From IMG/VR virus record IMGVR_UViG_3300045988_001067, positions 1 to 5,762 of that record: a stretch of 5,762 bases of DNA. The stretch is one strand, 5' to 3'. A program made the translations under genes and the position numbers. The DNA is from a virus. Positions 1 through 4,919 of this stretch are shown one piece after another (within the stretch, counting starts at the first letter, position 1; every line of letters begins with the position of its first letter). The notes below the pieces were generated by a model, which was not told the origin of the DNA, made no database searches, and saw only the letters and a list, made by a program, of their open reading frames with translations.

Positions 1-79
1 GTCCGAAAAGCAAGTTTTGACCCACAGTTTCTAAAGAGCCTGTCACAAGGAGCACTTGAAGGAACAGAAGTAGATATCA
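1..79. repeat. Terminal redundancy: 1..79 is identical to 5684..5762 (circular-genome assembly overlap; unit length 5683 nt)
   Basis: Base-by-base reading shows gtccgaaaagcaagttttgacc...gaagtagatatca at both ends. The VP3 reading frame runs across the junction without a stop. Confidence 0.97.
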
Positions 80-219
80 CCGAATTTCCGCAAAACATTC
101 ACGAGTATCATCGCATGATAGCGACCGCACAAGCAAACGCAATGAAGCTTGAAGAGCTGCAAAAAATGGCAGCAGAAGAAGCAAAAGCAAAACCTGAAGC
201 AAAGGAGGAAGAAAAGTGA
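1..219 (+). CDS. VP3: Internal scaffolding protein VP3, C-terminal part (continuation of 5504..5683 across the circular junction; whole protein 132 aa)
   Basis: Frame 1 is open from nt 1 to TGA 217..219 (VRKASFDPQFLKSL...KLEELQKMAAEEAKAKPEAKEEEK*) and is in phase with the ORF starting at ATG 5504 once the 79-nt overlap is removed. It sits immediately upstream of VP1, as in gokushoviruses. It has the acidic ESYSDECDIKSIV motif typical of gokushovirus VP3. Confidence 0.7.
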   Translation, partial: VRKASFDPQFLKSLSQGALEGTEVDITEFPQNIHEYHRMIATAQANAMKLEELQKMAAEEAKAKPEAKEEEK

Positions 220-1892
220 ATCGAAACAATGAACGGCACTTCAACCAAATTCCAGAAATGAAAGCAAGTCGAACACGGTTCAACCGTGACCAGACAATTC
301 TCACGACATTCGATTCAGGAAAGCTGATTCCATTCTACGTTGACGAGGTATTGCCGGGCGATACCTTCAACGTAAACACCTCAGCAATCATCCGAATGAC
401 GACACCGAAATATCCGGTGATGGACGATGCATTCATCGACTTTTACTATTTCTATTGTCCTAACAGAATTTTGTGGGACGACTTCAAACAGTTCATGGGA
501 GAAGCTGAAAGCACGCCATGGATGCCAACGAAAGAATACAAAGTGCCAAAAATAACTATAAACGGAACGCAATCAAACGGATATCCATACGAAGCATCAA
601 TTCTAGACTATATGGGTGTACCAACAAAAGTAAAAGCAAAATTTTCAATAAACGCCTTACCAATTCGCGCTTATGTCATGATTTGGAACGAATTTTTCAG
701 AGACGAAAACGTAGACAATGCAGCAGTATGGAAAAGTGACAGTCAAGACGTGGCATACCAAGACACGCAAAATGAAAATAAAATAGAAGACAACCTTAGA
801 AACGCAATCAACGGAGGACGATGCTTACCGGTAAACAAGTTCCACGACTACTTTACAAGCTGTCTGCCTTATCCGCAGCGTGGACCGGAAGTAACGCTGC
901 CGATGGAAGGTAATGCACCGGTAGGAATGTACAAAAACCTCGAACTTACAGAATACGGAACAACAAGCGGAAAAAACTCAATCTACTTCAACCAAAAAGC
1001 CACAGATTCTTACATACCAGGAATCACGAACAACCAATCAGGAAACAGAATTTCGCAGGTAGCGGGAAGCTCGAGCGCTACAGCTCATGTAGCAGATGTG
1101 GCATATCTAGGCGCCGACCTAAGCGCAGTAACCGCAGCAACCATCAACGACTTAAGAAAAGCCATAGCAGTACAGCAGTACTACGAAGCGCTCGCACGAG
1201 GCGGCAGCCGATACCGCGAACAGGTACAAGCACTGTGGGACGTGACCATCAGCGACAAAACGGCACAAATCCCGGAATATCTTGGCGGTGGACGCTATCA
1301 CGTCAACATGAACCAAATCGTACAGACAAGCGGGCAGCAGACCGAAACGGACACACCTATCGGTGAAACTGGTGCAATGTCAGTAACGCCAATCAACGAA
1401 AGCAGCTTTACAAAATCTTTTGAAGAGCACGGATTTGTAATTGGTGTCTGTTGTGTACGGCACAATCACAGTTACCAGCAAGGCTTGGAACGTTTCTGGA
1501 GCAGAGAAGACAGGCTGGACTACTATGTACCGCAGTTCGCAAATCTGGGCGAACAGCCTGTAAAAAAGAAAGAAATCATGCTCACCGGCACAGCAACGGA
1601 CGAAGAAACGTTCGGCTATCAGGAAGCCTGGGCAGACTACAGGATGAAGCCTAACCGGGTATCCGGTAAAATGCGAAGCAACGCAACGGGCACGTTGGAT
1701 TTCTGGCACTATGCAGACAACTATTCAACCGTGCCAACGCTGTCACAGGCGTGGATGGCAGAAGAAAAAACGGAGATCGCAAGAACGTTGATCGTGCAGA
1801 ATGAACCGCAATTTTTTGGTGCAATCCGAGTAGCAAACAAAACCACAAGACGGATGCCGTTGTACAGCGTACCGGGCTTGTACAAACTGTAA
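216..1892 (+). CDS. VP1: Major capsid protein VP1 (phiX174 F-like, gokushovirus type), 558 aa
   Basis: Motifs FDSGKLIPFYVDEVLPGDTF near the N-terminus and INDLRKAIAVQQYYEALARGGSRYREQVQALWDV mid-protein are hallmark Microviridae capsid motifs. AGGAGG at 203..208 lies 7 nt before GTG 216. In-frame ATG 258 is a less likely alternative start, because the residues upstream of it resemble the N-terminus of gokushovirus VP1. Confidence 0.95.
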   Translation: MNRNNERHFNQIPEMKASRTRFNRDQTILTTFDSGKLIPFYVDEVLPGDTFNVNTSAIIRMTTPKYPVMDDAFIDFYYFYCPNRILWDDFKQFMGEAESTPWMPTKEYKVPKITINGTQSNGYPYEASILDYMGVPTKVKAKFSINALPIRAYVMIWNEFFRDENVDNAAVWKSDSQDVAYQDTQNENKIEDNLRNAINGGRCLPVNKFHDYFTSCLPYPQRGPEVTLPMEGNAPVGMYKNLELTEYGTTSGKNSIYFNQKATDSYIPGITNNQSGNRISQVAGSSSATAHVADVAYLGADLSAVTAATINDLRKAIAVQQYYEALARGGSRYREQVQALWDVTISDKTAQIPEYLGGGRYHVNMNQIVQTSGQQTETDTPIGETGAMSVTPINESSFTKSFEEHGFVIGVCCVRHNHSYQQGLERFWSREDRLDYYVPQFANLGEQPVKKKEIMLTGTATDEETFGYQEAWADYRMKPNRVSGKMRSNATGTLDFWHYADNYSTVPTLSQAWMAEEKTEIARTLIVQNEPQFFGAIRVANKTTRRMPLYSVPGLYKL

Positions 1893-1902
1893 GAAAGGAG
1901 GA

Positions 1903-1928
1903 AGCCCGGAGAAATCCGGGCTATTTTT
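1903..1928 (+). terminator. Rho-independent terminator between VP1 and VP2
   Basis: Perfect 8-bp stem agcccgga (1903..1910) / tccgggct (1915..1922) with a GAAA tetraloop, followed by ATTTTTAA (T-run 1924..1928). Confidence 0.75.
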
Positions 1929-1930
1929 AA

Positions 1931-2788
1931 ATGGGAGCATTATCAGGATTCTTAACAGCACTAAACGTAGCGGGAAACGTGGCAAACACAATCGGAACTT
2001 TTGCAGGAGCAGCAAAAAACATCGCTGGAGCTTTTGGCGGATACGGACAAGAAGGCAACAGCCAAAGCCAGGGCGGAAGCACAAGTCAGGGCGGTGGACA
2101 TTCCGAAAGCGGAAGCCAGTCGGGCACAAACGTGCAACAGGTCAGTGACTGGCTCAAGCAGGCATACGCATACCAAGGGCAAGAAGCAGCCATGCAGGGC
2201 AAATACAACAGTCAAAGTATGCTTAAACAGATGGGCTATAACACGCTACAAGCAATCATGCAAGGCGTATACAACCACATCGAGAACAATGTAGCAATGA
2301 ACTACAACAGCGCAGAAGCACTAGCAAACCGTGAATGGCAAGAGCACATGAGCAGCACAGCATATCAAAGAGCCGTAGAAGATATGAAAAAAGCGGGACT
2401 TAACCCGATTCTAGCATTCTCAAACGGTGGAGCAAGCACACCAGGCGGAAGCGCAGGAACAATCAGCGGTGCAAGTATGGGACTAGCAAGCAGCAGCGCA
2501 CTAGGCGTAAGCCGAAGCGGAGGATTCGTGCCTAACGCATACGAAAGCAGCAGCTGGAGCAAAAGCGAATGGTACAATGCAGCACAAAGCTGGCAGCAGA
2601 TGCTCAGTTCAACGCATATGACACCATACGGACTACAACGAGTCTTAACAGAAATCGGAGAAGACACAAGCAAAGCAATTGACAAAAACGTACCAAAGAA
2701 AAACGACAAAAAAAGCAACTATCAAGCGCCGCAGGACAAAACAGGATCCTACGGAGAAAAAAGAAAGCCGGGTGACTACTTAAGGTGA
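1931..2788 (+). CDS. VP2: Minor capsid / DNA pilot protein VP2 (phiX174 H-like), 285 aa
   Basis: It lies directly after VP1. The N-terminal half is Gly/Ser/Gln-rich. The conserved block STAYQRAVEDMKKAGLNPILA is typical of microvirus pilot proteins. An in-frame TAA at 1928..1930 fixes ATG 1931 as the first possible start. Confidence 0.85.
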   Translation: MGALSGFLTALNVAGNVANTIGTFAGAAKNIAGAFGGYGQEGNSQSQGGSTSQGGGHSESGSQSGTNVQQVSDWLKQAYAYQGQEAAMQGKYNSQSMLKQMGYNTLQAIMQGVYNHIENNVAMNYNSAEALANREWQEHMSSTAYQRAVEDMKKAGLNPILAFSNGGASTPGGSAGTISGASMGLASSSALGVSRSGGFVPNAYESSSWSKSEWYNAAQSWQQMLSSTHMTPYGLQRVLTEIGEDTSKAIDKNVPKKNDKKSNYQAPQDKTGSYGEKRKPGDYLR

Positions 2789-3804
2789 GTTGCTACAAGC
2801 CATTAATAAGGCTGTACAACCCTAACGACAAAAACATTAGCGGGAAGGTGTATTCACTCTCCCGCTTTTCTCAGTTAGCGGGAAAACAGCTAAAATATGA
2901 AGATTTGATGTATAGAAGAGATGTAATGCTGATACCATGCGGGCAGTGCATCGGATGCAGAATAAGACAAAGGGAGGACTGGACAACACGAATAGAATTA
3001 GAAGCACGAGATTATCCAAGAGAAGAAGTTTGGTTTATCACACTCACATATGATGACGATCACGTACCGGGCATGATAGTAAACACAGGCGAAATCATGC
3101 GAAAAGTACAATACGTCTGGAAACCGGGAGAGAAGAGCCCTGAAAGCGTCCAAACGTTAATGTATACTGACGTTCAAAAGTTCTTAAAACGTCTCAGAAA
3201 GGCTTATAAGGGCAAATTACGCTATTTTGTGGCGGGAGAATACGGAGAACAGACAGCTAGGCCGCATTATCATATGATATTATACGGATGGACGCCAACA
3301 GATCTAGAACACCTATACAAAATACAACACAACGGATATTTCAAAAGTAAATGGCTAGCAGACCTATGGGGCATGGGTCAAATACAGATAGCGCAAGCAG
3401 TACCGGAAACATACAGATATGTTGCAGGATACGTCACAAAAAAAATGTACGAAATAGACGGAAAGAAAGCTAACCAATACTACGAGTTAGGTCAACAAAA
3501 ACCATTCGCGTGCATGAGCTTAAAACCCGGACTAGGAGACCACTATTACCAAGAACACAAAGAAGAAATATGGAGACAAGGATACATCCAATGTACAAAC
3601 GGAAAGAAAGCCCAAATTCCACGTTATTATGAAAAAATGATGGAAAATGAAAACCCACAAAGGTTGTGGAGAATTAAACAGAACAGACAAGCAACAGCCA
3701 TAGCAGAAAACAGGCTAAAGTATGAAAATGCAGACTTTGAAGAGCAATGTAAGACAAAAGAAAGAGTAATCAAAAAGCAAATGAAGAAGAGAGGGACACT
3801 CTAA
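2785..3804 (+). CDS. VP4: Rolling-circle replication initiator VP4 (HUH endonuclease, phiX174 A-like), 339 aa
   Basis: It has motif I FITLTYDD, the HUH motif RPHYHMILYG (cat tat cat at 3265..3273) and the double-tyrosine motif YVAGYVTKK (compare phiX A protein YVAKYVNK). It also has the N-terminal Cys cluster PCGQCIGCR. GTG start 2785 overlaps the VP2 stop (GTGA). Confidence 0.93.
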   Translation: MSCYKPLIRLYNPNDKNISGKVYSLSRFSQLAGKQLKYEDLMYRRDVMLIPCGQCIGCRIRQREDWTTRIELEARDYPREEVWFITLTYDDDHVPGMIVNTGEIMRKVQYVWKPGEKSPESVQTLMYTDVQKFLKRLRKAYKGKLRYFVAGEYGEQTARPHYHMILYGWTPTDLEHLYKIQHNGYFKSKWLADLWGMGQIQIAQAVPETYRYVAGYVTKKMYEIDGKKANQYYELGQQKPFACMSLKPGLGDHYYQEHKEEIWRQGYIQCTNGKKAQIPRYYEKMMENENPQRLWRIKQNRQATAIAENRLKYENADFEEQCKTKERVIKKQMKKRGTL

Positions 3805-3814
3805 CGGTGTCACC

Positions 3815-3847
3815 TAGCCCAGTACCTATCAAGTAAGTACTGGGCTA
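3815..3847 (+). other. Perfect hairpin (11-bp stem, 11-nt loop) just after the VP4 stop
   Basis: tagcccagtac (3815..3825) is the exact reverse complement of gtactgggcta (3837..3847). There is no downstream T-run, so it is not a classical terminator. Confidence 0.8.
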
Positions 3848-3890
3848 ATGTCGTCTAAAGACTCCATGTATCACACTATTCAGTGATTCA

Positions 3891-3918
3891 AAGGGGTTGA
3901 CTTAAAAGTCAACCCCTT
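3891..3918 (+). other. Perfect hairpin (11-bp stem, 6-nt loop)
   Basis: aaggggttgac (3891..3901) pairs with gtcaacccctt (3908..3918), with loop ttaaaa. No T-run follows. Confidence 0.8.
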
Positions 3919-3925
3919 GCGTCAC

Positions 3926-3941
3926 GCCCCAGTCTTGGGGC
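3926..3941 (+). other. Short GC hairpin (6-bp stem, 4-nt loop)
   Basis: gcccca (3926..3931) pairs with tggggc (3936..3941), with loop gtct. Confidence 0.6.
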
Positions 3942-3947
3942 TGCCGC

Positions 3948-3999
3948 TGTACGCACGTGCGCACATGCGCGTAAGCGCGCACGCGCACACGCGCGCATA
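3948..3999. repeat. GC-rich alternating purine-pyrimidine tract (two blocks of 26 and 25 nt, CG/CA type), potentially Z-DNA or cruciform forming
   Basis: 3948..3973 and 3975..3999 alternate Y/R without exception, separated only by one extra A (3974). The tract contains the palindrome cgcacgtgcg (3952..3961) and the inverted pair atgcgcg (3965..3971) / cgcgcat (3992..3998). It runs directly into the AT-only palindrome ataatattat (3997..4006). Confidence 0.85.
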
Positions 4000-4098
4000 A
4001 TATTATATAACTTGTTGTAGACGTAGTAGTAGGCAATGTGGAAAAGTTGAAAAGTACTAAAATTTAACGCTAAAGCGTAAATAAAAAGCAAAAAACAC

Positions 4099-4211
4099 TG
4101 TTGAAAGATTTGTTGAAAACTTGTTGAAATGTTGAATGTTCGTCAAAATGACGAAAACCTTTGTGCAACTTTATGTTGAAAACCTGTTGAAAGTGTTGAA
4201 AGTGTTGAAAA
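4099..4211 (+). repeat. Iteron-like array: 8 exact direct copies of TGTTGAA(A) in two clusters of four
   Basis: Copies start at 4099, 4111, 4122, 4130 and at 4174, 4185, 4194, 4203. The last three form a 9-nt tandem, tgttgaaag x3 with one mismatch. Degenerate copies lie upstream: tgttgtag at 4013, tgtggaaaa at 4037 and gttgaaaa at 4046. All copies share the same orientation. Confidence 0.9.
4139..4155 (+). other. Inverted repeat at the centre of the iteron array (7-bp stem, 3-nt loop)
   Basis: ttcgtca (4139..4145) pairs with tgacgaa (4149..4155). Confidence 0.7.
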
Positions 4212-4221
4212 CGCGCACAGC

Positions 4222-4261
4222 GCTAAAAAAGAAACCATTTTCGTGAAGACACGAAAATGGT
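4222..4261 (-). terminator. Intrinsic terminator oriented for the minus strand (12-bp hairpin followed by a T-run on the - strand)
   Basis: accattttcgtg (4234..4245) pairs with cacgaaaatggt (4250..4261), with loop aaga. On the - strand the stem is followed by ttcttttttagc (complement of 4222..4233). On the + strand no T-run follows. Confidence 0.55.
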
Positions 4262-4328
4262 GATTAGCCGAGCTCCGCGTGCGCTCCGCACGGCAAGGCG
4301 CTAAAGCGCCATTCAAACCAAAAAGCAA

Positions 4329-4357
4329 TTGACAGCCGACAAAAAAAATGATATCAT
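4329..4357 (+). promoter_or_regulatory. Near-consensus sigma70/sigmaA promoter with extended -10
   Basis: TTGACA (4329..4334), a 17-nt spacer, then TATCAT (4352..4357) preceded by TGa (4349..4351). An A-rich tract lies upstream. The first gene behind it is the peptidase: SD AAGGAG at 4391..4396 and ATG at 4404. Confidence 0.7.
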
Positions 4358-4403
4358 CTAAGATAGAAAGCAAAACGCCATGAACGAATAAAGGAGCAAA
4401 AGC

Positions 4404-4796
4404 ATGGAAATCAAAGCGTATGTAGCAGAAGAGCAAGGAAACGAACAAGTTACAGACCACTTCAAAGTAAAAGAATTTGCATGCAAAGACGGGACACCAA
4501 TCGTATTCGTAGACGATTATTTAGCAGTCATTCTAGAAATCGCAAGAAAAAAAATCAATAAACCAATCATCATCACAAGCGGATACCGCACAATAAGCCA
4601 CAATAAAAAAGTAGGAGGAGCAAAATACAGCTACCACACAAGAGGCATGGCAGCTGACATCAGAGCGAACGGAGTAACACCAAAAGAGCTCGCAAAAGTG
4701 CTAGACAGAATCGTACCAAACAGTGGCGGTATCATCGTGTATGACAATTGGGTACATTTCGACACAAGAAATGAAAAATACAGAAAGGGGGTGTAA
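4404..4796 (+). CDS. Zinc metallopeptidase of the LAS / peptidase M15 superfamily (M15_3 / YcbK-MepK-like cell-wall peptidase), 130 aa; candidate endolysin
   Basis: It has N-terminal DHFKVKEFACKDG, then SGYRTISHNKKVGGAKYSYHTRGMAADI (H78-x6-D85; cac at 4635..4637 and gac at 4656..4658) and WVHFD (H118; cat at 4755..4757). This is the canonical H-x6-D...H zinc-ligand pattern of this family. There is a strong SD and no signal peptide or TM segment. Confidence 0.85.
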   Translation: MEIKAYVAEEQGNEQVTDHFKVKEFACKDGTPIVFVDDYLAVILEIARKKINKPIIITSGYRTISHNKKVGGAKYSYHTRGMAADIRANGVTPKELAKVLDRIVPNSGGIIVYDNWVHFDTRNEKYRKGV

Positions 4797-4798
4797 AA

Positions 4799-4915
4799 AT
4801 GGCACTTATTTCCATTAAAGACGTCAAACAGGCAATTCGACTAATGATGCAGATTCTCGAAAAACTTGACGAGATTTATCACGCACTGCACGATGACGGC
4901 GAAAAAAAGGAGTAA
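4799..4915 (+). CDS. Small hypothetical protein, 38 aa, predicted amphipathic helix (absent from the supplied ORF track)
   Basis: ATG 4799 lies 2 nt after the peptidase stop and is preceded by aaaggggg (4785..4792). Translation is MALISIKDVKQAIRLMMQILEKLDEIYHALHDDGEKKE*, with stop TAA 4913..4915. Its 3' end carries the SD of the next ORF. Confidence 0.45.
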   Translation: MALISIKDVKQAIRLMMQILEKLDEIYHALHDDGEKKE

Positions 4916-4919
4916 AGTC

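Noticed and set aside
77-304. Minus-strand ORFs in the track: 77..304, 381..572, 1380..1709, 1651..1848, 1743..2129, 1961..2215, 2365..2718, 2837..3019, 3470..3658, 5128..5634 and 5418..5627.
   Set aside because: All are antisense to + strand genes that carry strong family motifs. Their translations are Leu/Arg/Cys/Phe-rich antisense-type sequence with no recognisable motifs and no SDs. Known Microviridae encode all genes on one strand.
518-739. Alternate-frame + strand ORFs embedded in VP1 and VP2 (518..739, 1451..1654, 2001..2294), considered as phiX E/K-like overlapping lysis genes.
   Set aside because: None has an SD, and two start at TTG. All are basic low-complexity peptides without a transmembrane segment, unlike protein E. 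There is no evidence beyond open frames in A-rich sequence.
2044-2130. Low-complexity Gly/Ser/Gln segment in VP2, with the repeated cagggcgg at 2069..2076 and 2087..2094 (18-nt period).
   Set aside because: Gly/Ser-rich flexible segments are usual in microvirus pilot proteins. The short duplication is in frame and does not suggest a separate element.
4009-4014. AACTTG as a phiX174-type origin nick site.
   Set aside because: A hexamer is expected by chance about once per strand in a genome this size. It recurs at 4117..4122 and 4863..4868, and the flanking sequence does not match the 30-nt phiX origin. It is kept only as a remark within the GC/AT boundary finding.
3909-4091. Minus-strand 60-aa ORF across the GC-rich alternating tract.
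   Set aside because: The peptide (RACARARLRACAHVR...) is simply the repeat tract translated. It has no SD, and it overlaps hairpins and palindromes.
4099-4211. The repeat array considered as a CRISPR array.
   Set aside because: The repeats are only 7 to 9 nt long with spacers of 0 to 5 nt inside the clusters, and there are no cas genes. This is incompatible with CRISPR geometry.
3805-4403. A tRNA or other known structured RNA gene, or mini-ORFs, in the non-coding block. Examples are the 12-aa ORF at 3848, the 16-aa ORF at 4129 and the 15-aa ORF at 4257.
   Set aside because: No cloverleaf with a T-loop GTTCRA motif is visible. The mini-ORFs lack SDs and overlap repeats or hairpins.
4143-4460. 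Minus-strand 105-aa ORF across the iterons, the promoter and the peptidase start.
   Set aside because: It contains repeat-derived STLSTLST. It would read straight through the minus-oriented terminator at 4261..4222 and overlaps the well-supported promoter, SD and start of the peptidase. It has no SD of its own.
4866-4919. TTG-initiated 5' extension of the 75-aa ORF (track start 4866).
   Set aside because: TTG 4866 has no SD, and the extension fully overlaps the 38-aa ORF. ATG 4920 has AAGGAG at ideal spacing.
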